Shown here: positions 38,387 to 51,754 of the stretch, in pieces
How positions within the stretch are numbered: position 1 is the first letter of the stretch
How the letters are laid out: the number at the start of each line of letters is the position of its first letter
Origin: Eledone cirrhosa
Lineage: Eukaryota
Length of the DNA stretch: 64,000 nt
Direction of reading: 5' to 3'
NCBI GenBank assembly: GCA_964016885.1
Contig: OZ024761.1
Location: forward strand, 2,294,001 to 2,358,000
Program-made: the position numbers and the translations under genes
Notes under the pieces: model-generated
Databases searched by the model: none
Seen by the model: only the letters and a program-made list of their open reading frames with translations
Told to the model about the DNA's origin: nothing

Positions 38387-39516
38387 GTTGAAGTTCGGGA
38401 CGTTTATGTAACAGCATCGCAGGTATTCTCATATATGTGTTTATTAAGTTCTGAGGTGTGTTCACATGTTTATTAAGGGTTGTTCAGGTGTTGATTTACG
38501 AGAGACATGTTAAAACATCACCAACACAACCGTAACTTGTTATTTACCTCGTGGTGTTCGTGAAAGACGGGGGTAAAAATGATAACAATGATACTAATAA
38601 ACACAAACTTTACGTCTGGGAACAACAAAGTTGACTGATGGGTCATTTATGGCTGATTGGTAGGAAAGAAGCATAGTTGACGATGTTCAAGACTTCGCAC
38701 TGAAGAATTATATAATGTAAACACTTTGTAGTAATCGTGAGTTCTACAACACAACCTTGTCTTAGAGGACACCGTGTAGAATGTGGAGCGAGGTGGATTG
38801 AGAGTTACGTCCCTTAGAAACAACCAGCTTCTCTCCCCTTCTTAACTTCACCATTTCTCTTTCTCGCTCTGCTTTATTAATTTAGTTAAGTGTGACTATA
38901 AAATAATTAGAATACCACTACAAATATTTAAAAACGGAAAAGGAATGGAAAGGCAAGGGCTCTAGGGTAACAGAAGAATGGGAAGGGGTAGGGAGATGGT
39001 GATGGTCTCTAGGACAAGGCAGTGTTGGGTCTGTGCTCTGCGGACAAGACCGCAAAACTTAATATCGGAGGTTTCAAATTGTCAGTCGTTAGATCGTCAG
39101 ATAAAATGCTTAGCAGTATTCGTTCCGGCTATCTTATCCTCAATTAGTTCAAATCACGCCGAAATTAGCTTTGTAATTCTTCCTTTCGGGGTCAATAAAA
39201 AAGTACCAGCACTGGGGTCGATTCTCTCTCTCTGGACAGGTATTAAATGTCCAAGAAATATGGTGTGTCACTATGGCTTTACAGCGCTCCTACGACTCTT
39301 TAAGAAAGAGAGCAGTTAATGCCTGGTAACAAACTAGGATCTCTTTCTCTTCGTTTCTGTCACAATCTTGGTAAGTACCGTCTTAAGACATGGACACACA
39401 GGCCTGTTGCTCCGGGGCCCAACGCTAATCTATGATGTGGTCCTGTATGTAGGAGAGCTAGTGCATAGTTTTGCCAAGTGAAGCCCTATAGATGTCGTTG
39501 AGTCGACCCTGGCCAT

Positions 39517-39549
<33 letters not shown>

Positions 39550-39592
39550 GTATGTGTGTGTTTGTTTATGTATATCGGTGTGATATATATAT

Positions 39593-40490
39593 AGTAACAG
39601 AAATAGTTATAGCACAGCTGATTAGGGACCAGGTAAATCTAGATGAGATGCAGTTCGGATTTGTGCCAGACAAAAGCACCACTGATGCTCTCTTCCTTGT
39701 GAGGCAGTTACAGAAAAAGTACCTAGTTAAAAGTAAGCTGCTCTACCTGACATTTGTCGACCTGGAAAAAGCCTTCGACAGAGTGCCCGTGCCATAATCT
39801 GATGGGCTCTTAGAAAACTAGGAGTTGATGAGTCGCTTGTGAAGGCTGTACAAGCTATGTATAGGGGAACCCTCAGAAAAGTTAGGGTTAACAATGATTA
39901 TAGCGAGGAATTCAGCATACAGGTTGGTGTCCACCAGGGCTCTGTTCTTAGCCCTCTCCTGTTTATTATCGTATTGCAGGCTATAACAGAGGAGTTTACG
40001 ACTGGATGCCCATGGGAACTTCTGTTCGCGGATGAGCTTACACTCATAGCGGAGTCTATGGTGGAACTAGAGAAGAAATTCCAAACATGGAAGCAGGGAC
40101 TAGAAAGAAAGTAGAAGAGAAAACAGAACCCAGATCCCCTCAAGTAAATGGCCATGCTCAGTATGCAGGAAAAGTGTAGGTAGAAATTCCATCATCTGCC
40201 CCAAATGTAAACAAGAGATGTAGTGGGATCTCAGGAAGTTTAACTAAGAATGTAGACTTTACATGTAGCAGTTGCACCAGGACAGTAAGCAGCAAATTAC
40301 CACAGGAAACAAACGCTACCAAATTCTGGGAGGGTTCTGTAGAAAAAGTGGGCAGCTTCTGCTACCTGGGTGACCAAATTAGCAGCAGAGGTGGATGTTC
40401 TGAAAGTACAGTACCCAGAGTAAGAACGGGATGGAAGAAGTTCAGGGAGCTACTACCACTGCTAGCTACAAAAGAAAGGCAGACTGTATG
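39593..40490 (+). mobile_element. RTE LINE internal fragment (family A-like), decayed
   Basis: [35 protein letters not shown]. Confidence 0.9.
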
Positions 40491-40664
40491 AGCATGACAT
40501 GGTTATCTGACCTAACATTGTCCACAACAGAACAACTCGTCTAATCCATGCTAGCGTGGAAAAATGGATGTAAAATCATTGTTTCTACTTTAGGCACAAG
40601 GCCAGCAATTACCCAGTGCATTACTGGTACTTTATTTTATCGACCCCGTAAGGATGTGTGTGTG

Positions 40665-40722
<58 letters not shown>

Positions 40723-40844
40723 CGTGTTTGTATAGCTGAAAGATAAGAAACAATACCAGATATATTGTCTATGATGATCTATGCCAGAGCAGACGATGAA
40801 AGCTAAGGCAGCCTTGCAACTGTGTTGAGAAATTATTTCTAATA

Positions 40845-41063
40845 ATGGTTTCTTATATAGGTACAAGGCCAACAATTTTGGGGGAGGGGAAAGTCGATTA
40901 AATCGACCCCAGTGCATGACTGGTACTTTATTTTATCGACCCTGTAAGGATGAAAGGCAAAGTTAACCTCGGTGGGATTTGAACTCAGACCATAAAGGGC
41001 CGAAACTCTATGCTTCAAAGCATGGCGTCCGACCCTCTACCGATACTGCCAATTCACCGCCCT
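40845..41063 (-). mobile_element. tRNA-derived SINE, full length
   Basis: ggcggtgaattggcagtatcggtagag...gagttcaaatccc...ggccttgtacc. Confidence 0.85.
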
Positions 41064-41749
41064 AATAATAATAACAATATTGAGCTCTGTATATAACATA
41101 ACTCTGATTGTTTTATTTAGTCTACTGAAACCTTTGACTATTATTTACATATAGGACATTTGATGATTGCTTGCAATCCTTCCGTGTACGTCTGCACTCG
41201 GATTTGTGTGTTTGACAGTTTTACTTGATTGTTTGCATAAACACACTCACACACGCACACATATAGTATAGTTGAAAATGAATTGTGTCCGTAGGTGGTA
41301 TGCCAAGATGAGCACTCAATGCTCGATGGGGGGTGGGCAGAGTATCAACAATAATATTAAAAGTGAACAAAAAATCAGTATTGCATTACATATATATTTA
41401 ATTACATATTACATATGTTTCACTGCTGATCAGCTCAAGAAACGATCGATTAATGTTTGATCGTGACTCTGGAATCAGGAGCTCCTCAGATATGTGTTCT
41501 CACATCTAAACACACGTCCAAATGTGGTTGAATTGTTTTAGGCTGCCCCAAACTTTGTTAGAAGGAATGTGTTATCATCGTTTAAATCAAGTTAAATTGT
41601 ATTGGGTCAAATCCCAGTGGAAAGGTGAACTAGAACTCAGCAATGTTTACTGTCACTGGTTGGTAAAGATGGTAAATTGACCTTTTAGAGAGAATATTTC
41701 GCCACTGGCAAACGCCACCACAACATATTAATTATAATTCAGAAACAAA

Positions 41750-42090
41750 TTTATTCAAAAGCAAGAAACAAACCTTATTTAGTAAGAAAAAAAAAGGGGG
41801 GGAAACAGAAGGAAAGAAAGAAAGAAAGAATAGGGAAATATAGAAAAAAACAAGTGAGAAAGAAAGAAGAAAAAGAACGGGAAAGGGAGGGGATGGCAAG
41901 AGCTCTGGTGTCGCAGAAGAGAGGGGTGTAAAGAGGGAGGGGGATTGACTTTGGGCCTAGGGCAAGAATGCTGCACCCCATGGACAAGATGGCAAAAGCA
42001 TTCCTCTGGACGATGGCCATTGACACCCGCTGCAACAGCCACCCAACCTCGCAGAGCTCCCTCCTCAGACAGGCCGCCACAGAAACCATT
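41750..42090 (-). mobile_element. CRE-like (RLE) non-LTR retrotransposon 3' remnant
   Basis: E.GWLLQRVSMAIVQRNAFAIL resembles the CRE C-terminal LxQRxSxAIxRGNA motif; pyrimidine-rich 3' UTR and AATAAA follow. Confidence 0.6.
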
Positions 42091-42310
42091 CATGTGTGAC
42101 AGCCTGTCTATAGGAAGTCTGTGGTCATAGTCCATAAAGTCTTAGATTAGGGGGAAGGTAGTGTAATAAAGAAATAAATGTAAACCAGTGGAATGGCAAT
42201 TTGATGTCATTACAAAGATAAACAAATAAACAGATAAAGAAATAAATAATAAGGATAGAGAGAATAGGATAGTGAGATGAAAAAATAAAATAAAAAATAA
42301 AGAATAAAAC

Positions 42311-42618
42311 ACACCAACAGTGTGAAACAGATCTGTCAGCTTATCTCCCTTCCTTTGTAACATAGTCACTACTTTAAAATAATAGTGCAAGGTCTTCCAA
42401 ATGTTTTTAATTAAATTGCCAAATATACTATACATACATTCATTTATACATCGCTATTTCAGAGCACCAATCCTAATTTTCAATTTTTGCTGGACCGGCA
42501 ACCGCTCTGTATAATCCGTTCCTGATTATTACTGGAATTCTATAAGAATCCAGCCTTTATAATTTTCGGCACAGGTCGGCGAGTGCTATGCTCTGATGAA
42601 CACCAACAGTGTGAAACA
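42311..42618 (+). ncRNA. 289-nt circularly permuted hammerhead (retrozyme-like) monomer
   Basis: 19-bp direct repeats acaccaacagtgtgaaaca; left end carries GAAA-cagatctg-TC-agc, right end carries gct-CTGATGA-acac..gtgt-GAAA. Confidence 0.7.
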
Positions 42619-42733
42619 AACAAATAAACAAACAAACACACACACATATATATATATACATATATAACAATATATACTCTTTTACTCTTTTACCTGTTTC
42701 AGCCATCCGGCTGATGCCATGCTGGGGCACCGC

Positions 42734-42797
<64 letters not shown>

Positions 42798-43159
42798 CTA
42801 TATCTATATATATAAATAAAATAATCCAAACATAATAAAAGACTAAAATAAAATAATAATAAATTCTTTTTAAAAACAGAGGTGAATAAGTAGGAACTAG
42901 AAGAAAGGAAGAGAGGAAGGGAAAGGGAAAAGAAAGAGTGAATGTCCAGACAGACTTCTGATATATTCCTGTGTAGAGAAATCAAATACCTTAGTAGAGT
43001 GAAAATATTTTTACGAAAACAAGAATGTATGGTCAAGCTGGGTATATGTCTATAGGATGCATGTGTGTGCATCTGTGACAGCTCACACCTATGCAGGTTT
43101 AGCTGGCCTCCTCCAAGGTATATCTCGTTGGAGGTGTCTTGGGTGATTTAATGATAGGG

Positions 43160-43310
43160 ACCCCAGTCCTATCATCTCATTTCTACAGCTGAGTAAACTG
43201 GAGCAATGTGAAATAAAGTGTCTTGCTCAAGGAAACAACACATCACCCGGTCCGAGAATTGAACTCACAACCTTTCGATTGCAAGCCCAATGCTCTAACC
43301 ACTAAGCCAT
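43160..43310 (-). mobile_element. tRNA-headed SINE (same family as 16222-16556), 5' part
   Basis: Shared head/core sequence. Confidence 0.8.
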
Positions 43311-43379
43311 GCACCTTCACATGTGTGTACATGCGTATGAATGTGTGTGTGTTGTTGCAGCAGAAAGACTAAAATATAA

Positions 43380-44354
43380 GTCAACAGCACATAAACAGCA
43401 AGTGCCAGAGATCCTAAATCAGTTTATCACAGCTTCAATGGGAAAAGCTCAATCTCTGTAAATGACACCCCTACAAAAGAACAGGTTGAGAGCTACTGGA
43501 GATCTGTATAGGAAACAAATAATGGATTTAACAAACAAATTATATGACTAAAAGAACTGGAACAGGAATACTGCCAGCATGCCCAGACAAAACAATATGA
43601 TATAGATGGGTCAATACTGGAAACAGCTCTACAGAAAATGTTGAATAGGAAATCTCCAGGCCCAGACCTCATAACAGGATACTGGCTGAAGAATTTCACC
43701 TTCCATCACCAAGATCTCATATGGCTGTTTAGAGAAACCATCAAAGGCACACAAGAACTGCCCCAATGGTTATCAACTGCCACTATTCTCCTCATCCCCC
43801 AAAATAGTCTGCCAGAACATCATGTACAAATTATACCCTGGGTGCCTTAATCTATTCTTGCAAGATCATTGTGCGATGAACAAAATTATGACACCTGAGC
43901 AAGCTGTTGGAAAGAAGGAAGTGTGGTGCTGCATAGATCACCTACTAACAAATGAAATGATACAGGAAAAAGCAGCAAAGAATTGCTGGAACATGACTAT
44001 GGTGTGGTTGGACTATCAGAAGGCTTTTGATAGTGTACCTCATGGGTGGATTATTAAGGCTTTACAGTTAGCCAAAGTCCCACAATAACTAGTAGCTACT
44101 GTTGAACACCTGACCAAGAACTGCTACACCAACTTGATCCTTAGGGGTGAGAAGGAGCAAATTAAGACTGATACAATACACTACCAGAAAGGCATATTTC
44201 AGGGTGATAGCTTATCAGTGCTGCTGTTCATCCTCTCACTAAACCTACTGCCATACCTGTTCGCAAAACAAAGTGGTCATAGAAGTGGGTCCAGAAATAT
44301 CTCCCATCTTTTCTTTTTTGATGACCTGAAGTTGTATGGGCCAAATATCAACTA
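43380..44354 (+). mobile_element. R4/Dong-like non-LTR retrotransposon RT fragment, decayed
   Basis: KSPGPDLITGYWLKNF, WLDYQKAFDSVPHGWI, KGIFQGDSLSVLLFILSLN, ISHLFFFDDLKLY. Confidence 0.8.
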
Positions 44355-45391
44355 CTAGCAGTGGTACCCAGCGTTGAACGGGATAATGTATTTTAGAACA
44401 GACCTAATCGTGGAAAAACAGCATGCCTCGACATTATGTAAAGAAAATAAACCGAATACTGTGATGGCTGGATAATCTTTAAGATTTTCCTCAATGAATC
44501 AGGAAAAATGCAGGTTTTCACCTAATGCAGGCCCTAGGGCATCAAGAAAATGAATTTTTTTATGTGCATAATATGCCTTGAAATTTCAGGAAAATCGGCT
44601 AGACGTAACGCCTACAAAAAGCCCTAAAAAGCTGAAAAAATGAGGTTTTTCACCTAATGCGGGCCCTAGGCCATAAAAAAGTTGGATTTTCTTTGCTCAC
44701 GGTATGAAGAAGAGACTGACTAATACATAGTTACAATTTCAAGGAAATTAGTCTGACGTAACGCCTCAAAATACCCCTAAAAAGCCCCAAAAATGCAGTT
44801 TTCCACCTAATGCGGGCCCTAGGGGATCAAAAAGTTGAATTTTTTATGTGCATAACACTCCCTGAAACATAATGCGGGCCGCCAACAGACCTAATCGTGG
44901 GAAAACTGCATGCCTGGACTATATGTAAAGAAAATAAACTGAATACTCTGATGCAATTAGTATTAGGTATGCTTTTCCTTCCATGTTTGGAGAATGAGTG
45001 TGAGATTTATCTTGAGCAAGGGTGGCAGAATAACCGGAGGCAGCAGACAGCCAGACATACAGTCAGATATTATAAGGGTGCGTTCTGGATGCAAAGCGAA
45101 TTGTAAGAAGTGACGTAATGCAGACAGTCAGACATACAGACAGATATTATAAGGGCGCGACGTTATATGTATATCTAAAAAGAGAAAGACTAAGAATTAT
45201 AGAGAGAGATCGCTAAATCGCCTAATGCGGTCCCTAGGGCATTGAAAATTTGAAATTCTTTTTGCTCAGAACACTCCCTCAAACATAAGTATTACATGTG
45301 TAAAGTTTGAAAACAGTTGGTTGGGTGCTTCTCGAGGTTTAGGGATTCAAACTCACACACAGACAGACATCCTCAGTTTTATATATATAGA
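44355..45391 (-). mobile_element. Non-autonomous Helitron-like element with internal repeats
   Basis: Minus TC start, tgtctgtctgtgtg head, 3' hairpin plus CTAG; cctaatgcgggccctagg-like motif recurs at ~44521, 44654, 44807 and 45221. Confidence 0.65.
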
Positions 45392-46450
45392 CTAGCAGAA
45401 AACCACCCGGTGGGCGGTTTTCTGCTAGCAAATCTAGTGTATATACTGATATTGTTGAGATTTGGATGAGAAATGTTTTCGGCACCACATGTTCACCGTC
45501 TCTCGGTGTGTCTTTTATGCATGTATAAATATATATGTTATCTATACGGTGAAATCTTTGAAATAAATATATGTTAAAACGAAAAAGGAGAAAAAGAGAT
45601 TAGTGACGGAAATATAAACGTTATGATATAACGATGGAAATATATAAACGTTTACGATAAAACGATGGAAATAGAAACGTTTATATATAATGATAAGCCG
45701 AAACACTCGTAAGTCGAAACACTCGTAAAGCGAAACGTATAAATAAAGATTAATGTAATGAATTTGAAAAGCATAGAGATTTGAAACCGCGTCTATTTGT
45801 TTCCTTGGCATTCCTTGGCATTTTTTTACAGACGGACAGACAGACAAACAAACAGAGAAATGCCCATTATATATTATAAGTAGACTTGGCATGGTGTCAA
45901 GTCAGAACCGCCTTGAACTGGTTACTTCTGGCTTGTGCAAGGTGTCTCTATAGCAACCAGCGATTCCCTCGGCCTGAGTGACCAAAGTCAGTGGAGAGGG
46001 GAAGGTAATGTTTCTATAGCGACAGTGTTTCTCTTGGTAGTACCAAAGTGGAGAAAGGAAGGGGAAGGTAATATTTCTGTAGCACCTACATTTGAGTTTT
46101 AGGGAAGGACAGACAGACAAACAGAGAAATGCCCATATATTTCTGTGTGTATATATATTTATATATATATATATTACACACACAGAAATGTATATATATT
46201 TCTGTGTGTGTATATATATATATATATATTACACACACAGAAATGTATATATATTTCTGTGTGTATATATATATATTTCTGTGTGTGTATATATATATAT
46301 ATATTACACACACAGAAATGTATATATATTTCTGTGTGTATATATATATATTACACACACAGAAATGTATATATATTTCTGTGTGTGTATATATATATAT
46401 ATTACACACACAGAAATGTATATATATTTCTTAGAACAAAATTATTATTA
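45392..46450 (-). mobile_element. Further Helitron-like units plus palindromic minisatellite
   Basis: CTAG at 45392, TC head at 45884, second similar head near 46135; duplicated at 5727-6432. Confidence 0.55.
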
Positions 46451-46844
46451 ACTAGCAGTAAAGCCCGGCGTTGCTCGGGGTCGCTCAGTAGCTGTGTTAA
46501 AGTTACAATGTTAAGTTTCTTTTTTGGCTTAAAAACTGTAGTGTCTACTGTGCAGACTTGCAATTCAAGGGATGACAATTTCTTTTCTTTTCCAACCTTG
46601 CCACCAGTAAGGTGGCCGGTCAAAAATGTACTCAAAATTAAGAGAAAGAGAAACCTATGTTTGGGAAAGAAGTGTATGTTAGTATATGCTCAACATGCAC
46701 AATAAGCAAATATATTCCTTAATCATGACTCAATGCTTCAGGTAACTCTAAAATATCTAGGTCACACGCACACACATATACATATGTACGCATATGTAAA
46801 CTAGTAAATACAAACTAGTAAACTGACCTATTGCATCACCTTCC

Positions 46845-46910
<66 letters not shown>

Positions 46911-47350
46911 TTCTATGTGATCTATTTTTACCTGGTAAACACACGAGATAGATTTCCACATCACTGAAATTAGAACTTCATCAGTTGAACACACACATAC
47001 ACAAACATGCATAGCCATATACATATATGTACATATATATAGAAACGCATGCACACACACACATGCATACCGATATACATACATGTATATATATATATAT
47101 ATTCACCCGTCCCACCCTTGCAAGCAGGGAAAAGCGTACGTAAAATGATGATGATGATGATGATGATGATTCACATTCCTGCACACACACACAGGAAGAA
47201 ACATACAAACATGTATGCCCATATACATACATATACACATGCTTTTGTATTTCACTTTCTCTCATACAGACAATACACACAAACACATTATATATATATA
47301 TATGGGGACGGGATATATACATATACAAAGATGTGTGTCTAGAGAGAAAT

Positions 47351-50322
47351 ATCATCATCATCATCATCATCATTTTACGACCGCTTTTCCCTGCTTGCAA
47401 GGCTGGGACGGGTCTTATTCAGCACAGCATCTCTCCACTGCTCACGGTCCTTCATCATCTCCACCGTGAGCTTCAGCGATCTGAGGTCTGCTCTCACCAC
47501 CTCCGCCCATGTATTTCGTGGTCTACCTCTACCATGTCTTCCTTCAACTGGCATTTCCTGGCACTTCTTCACCCATCGGTCATCCTCCATGCGCATCACA
47601 TGTCCATACCACCGCAGTATCCTCTCTCGCACACTACATTCTATCCCTCTCAGACACAGTTTCTCTCTCAACACATCCATGTTCGGTCGTTCACACACAT
47701 TGACATTGCACATCCAACGGAGCATGCTTGCCTCTCATTTCTCTCCAGCCATCGCATATCCTCTGCAGTTGCTGCCCATGTCTCACTACCATGCAGCATT
47801 GTGCTCCTCACACAGGCGTCATATAACTGGCCTTTCGTACGTAGGGAGAAACCCTTCTTCGTCAGCAGAGGAAGCAGCTCCCTAAACTTCTTCCAACCCG
47901 TCCTTATTCTATGGCCTCAGATCACCCTCTTCCCATGATAATCTGATCTCCTAGGTACTGGAAGCTATCAACCACTTCTATAACACCCGCCTGCATTTGA
48001 AAAATGTGTCTATCAATGCAACTTCTACTGTCTAATTTCCCTGTACATCTACTGAATATGTATTTCTCCCTACCTGTTAATTTGCCTGCTATCCCACTAC
48101 ATCTCTTGTGTACCCAAGATCTGGATTGTGTGCATTTTATAGAATTTATGCCAGTTCCTTTTCTGCATATCGAACATGGCCATTTCCCTGACAGAATCAG
48201 AGTTTCGTCCTCTTTTCTACTCATCAACACTTTTGTTTTAGCTAGGTTCACTCTCAGTCCTCTTGCTTCCAACTGCTGTTTCCATAGCCAGAATTTATTC
48301 TCTAGCTCCTCTACTGATTCTGCTATAAGAACCAGATCATCAGCATAGAGAAGTTCCCATGGACAGCCAGTCTTAAACACCTCTGTTATGGCTTGGAGTA
48401 CTATAATGAACAAGAGCGGGCTGAGGACCGAACCTTGATGTACACCTACTTGTACCTGGAATTCCTCACTAAACTCCATTCCTACCCTGACTTTACTGAC
48501 AGTACCTCTGTACAAAGTTTGCACTGTCCTCACAAGCCATTCCTCAACACCTAGTTTCCTTAGGGCACCACCAGATGACATATCGGGGTACCTTATCAAA
48601 GGACTTCTCTAGGTCAACAAAACCTAAGTATAATGGCTTATTCTTCTCTAAGAACCTCTCTTGTAATTGTCTCACCAAGAAGAGGGCATCGGTTGTACTT
48701 TTCCCAGGCACAAAACCAAACTGCATCTCATCTAGTTTGACCCTTTCTCTAATTAGTTGTGCTAATATCCTTTCTGCCACTTTCATACCCTGATCCATCA
48801 GTTTTATACTCCTATAATTGCTCCTCTCCAGAGCATCCCCTTTACCTTTGTAGCAATTTATGAGAATACTGCTGCACCAGTCTTTGGGTATGACACCACC
48901 ATATATAGCCTAATTGATGATGTGTGCAACCAGCTTAGTGCCTACGTCCCCTGATACCTTCAGCATCTCAGCAACTATTCCCGATGGTCCAGCAGCCTTA
49001 CCATTTTTCATTTCCTTAATCGCCTCTTGGACCCTATATTCGTCAATCTCAATAGCTGGTCTCTCTGTCGGATCTACTGAGGGTAATTTCTCTCTCTCCC
49101 ATTCGTTCTCAACATTCATCAGTCTCTCATAATGACATTTCCAGGCCTCCTTTTTCTGATCATTCGTGACACTAAGTACACCGGCATCATTCCGGACACA
49201 TTTATCTCCAACAACATCCTGATTTGCATTGACACACTGCCTTGCAATGTGGAACACCGTACGTCTCTGATCTTCTGTCGCAGAACATCGGCAAACCTCC
49301 TACTCTCAGCCTCCCTGCATACTAAGTACACCTGACGTCTAGCTTCTCTCTTAACGGCTGTATATCCTTCCTTACTCCCACCCTTTTTCCAAGCCTTCCA
49401 TGCTAGTCTTTTGTCTCTAATTGCCTTATCTACTGTGCTGTTCCACCACCAGGTCACTCTCTGTCTGGTTGGAGCTCTGCTCCAGCCACAAGTTTCATCA
49501 GTAGCCTGCAGTAAGTTGTCACGTAGATAATTCCAGTTATCATCTATGTCATACGACTCTAAATCGTCTTCTTTTTCGTCATACACATCTTGAAGGGCTT
49601 TCCTAAATTTGTATTTTAGTGAAAGGTCTTTTAGCTTCCAGACCTTTCTTCTCCACACCTTCCTGTATGTCTCATTCCATCTCTTGCTTACTGAGATATC
49701 ACTAACGACTAACCTATGCTGTGGGGTACATTCTTCCACAGGGTATGCCTTGGTATTTGACACCATATGCCTGTCCCACTACCTAACTAGTAAGAAGTCA
49801 ATCTGGCTTATGTGCTCACCTGATTTGTAGGTTGGCAGGTTTCTGGAAGTTAGTGTTGCAAATGGGTGTCGATTGATATAGACAGCAGGACAACCAGTAC
49901 TTGCACGTTAACGCCCGCCCTCTGCCTCCGCCGCCGATGCGTGTTGCAAATAGTCAGTGTACTTGCATCACAAAATTCAAGAAGTCTCACTCCTTCTTCA
50001 TTTCTTGAGCCGTAACCGTGCCCACCATGTACCCCAGTGTAACCATCCTGGAGCTGTCCAACATGACCATTGAAGTCCCCTGCTAGCATAACGATGTCTC
50101 CGTCCTTTGTCATTGTAAAAGTTGCTCATAAAAGCAGTCTTTCTCTTCTTTACCTAGGCCTGCTTGGGGAGCATAGGCAGAGATGATTGTCAGTAGTCTC
50201 CTGCCTAGAACTAATCTAAGCTTAATTATTCTATTACTAACTCGAACTACTTCTATTGTCTTATTGATCCATCTCTCAGCCAGGAAAATGCCTACTCCCC
50301 CTAACCCATCATCCTTACCTAC
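47351..50322 (-). mobile_element. RTE LINE family C, 5'-truncated, decayed
   Basis: Endonuclease, RT (YADD), C-terminus and tail; 77-bp insertion at 49864-49940. Confidence 0.95.
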
Positions 50323-50526
50323 TCAGGTAAGTGCTCTATGTAGGCTACAGAGTTTTTTGTGAATGTATAAGTTTACGTACTATTACGTATATGCGTGAGT
50401 TTGAGTATGTTTATGTATTTGGATATTAATATATTTTTTCCCCTCAATTTATGCCCATTATTTTATCTCAGCCTCACTTTCATTTATCCTAAACTCTGTT
50501 TTCAAATCCATATCCCATTCCATAAA

Positions 50527-50590
50527 CTTATTCTGATGAATGAAGACAGACATAAGTGTCAAGCTCTTCAAGAAACCATTGGTAAATTAA
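50527..50590 (+). ncRNA. Type I hammerhead ribozyme motif
   Basis: CTGATGA-a-tgaaga..gaca-taag-tgtc..tcttca-a-GAAA-ccattgg-TA; weak AT-only stem I. Confidence 0.6.
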
Positions 50591-50769
50591 TTAGTTATCT
50601 TATGTTGTTTATTACATAACTATATATATATATATACAAATATAATTTCAGCGAGATCGTATTTCGGCACTGGCCAAAACAAAATAAAACGCAATCTTCG
50701 AGATATGCCGGCAAGCGCTCAATGGACGAGGAAGGAAATCAGAACAATTAACATGCGTTATAAAATATA

Positions 50770-51114
50770 TCATCATCATCATCATCATCATCATCATTTC
50801 ATTTTACGTCCGCTTTTTCCCTGCTTGCAAGGGTGGGACGGCAACTGATGCTGGCTAGATTTCTACAGCTGGATGCCCTTCCTAACACCAACCTCATTTA
50901 CAGTGAGTGCTGGGTGCTTTTTTGCCGTGGCACCTCCACGACCACTTTGCAATGGAATGATATGAACCCCAGTCCCTATCATCTCATTTCTACAGCTGAG
51001 TAAACTGGAGCAATGTGAAATAAAGTGTCTTGCTCAAGGAAACAACACATCACCCGGTCTGAGAATTAAACTCACAACCTTTCGATTGCAAGGCCAATGC
51101 TCTAACCACTAAGC
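50770..51114 (-). mobile_element. tRNA-headed SINE with RTE-C tail
   Basis: Same family as 16222-16556. Confidence 0.85.
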
Positions 51115-51169
51115 TATGTGCCTCCGATATATATATATATATATATAAAATCCTTTGTCTGTCTGTCTG

Positions 51170-51550
51170 TTTCGGTTGAGAGGTGTAAGTGTAAAGAGAG
51201 CTGGACGATCATCAACAAGATTACAGGGAGGAAGGAAGAGAGGGAGTTCAAATCAGATCCAGGGAACAGGGCCCAAGGATAGGAAGAGTAAATGGCTGGA
51301 CCATTTTAGGACCCTACTAGGAGAGCCACCTTCCACATCCCAGAACACTGGGGAGATCAGGGGGCTGTTTGAAGAACTGGATATTGAGATAGGACCCTTC
51401 ACCAGAGAGGAGCTTCAGAGAGCCAAGACGAAGATCAAGGAGGGCAAGACCCATGGAGAAGATGGAGTGGCATCAGAGGTGAGGAGGAGGTGATGAAGAG
51501 GTGTGGTTTTGATGATGATTTTGATGTAACCAGGCACTGGAGAAAGGAAT
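51170..51550 (+). mobile_element. LINE fragment (region preceding RT)
   Basis: WLDHFRTLLG..PFTREELQRAKTKIKEGKTHGEDGVASE resembles RT domain 0 (K..KAPGEDGI..E). Confidence 0.7.
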
Positions 51551-51754
51551 TACTGTATACCTGCCAACTGTCCAAGTTAGTGAAAATATGTGATATTTTC
51601 TGGAATATACAGTGACTGACCGGCCTGATTTGCAGGTAAACAGTACATGGTACTGATGAGTGTCTGCTGTTCTATTTATATGCCAATGCAAGAATAAGAA
51701 TGACGGGGTCATTCTACTCACATGGCTTAAGAGGCTGTTTGCATAATTGCAAAC

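Noticed and set aside
38347-38432. Upstream out-of-frame ATG (38432) before the POLRMT start
   Set aside because: Wrong phase for the conserved frame; uORF status depends on an unknown transcription start.
38640-38665. ATTGG (CCAAT box) upstream of POLRMT exon 1
   Set aside because: A single short motif is insufficient to call a promoter.
41420-41460. ctgctga..gaaacgatcg and similar partial motifs at 32253 and 50660
   Set aside because: Core too degenerate to call by eye.
46930-46990. CTGATGA...GAAA on the minus strand
   Set aside because: Stems II/III do not form a convincing hammerhead.
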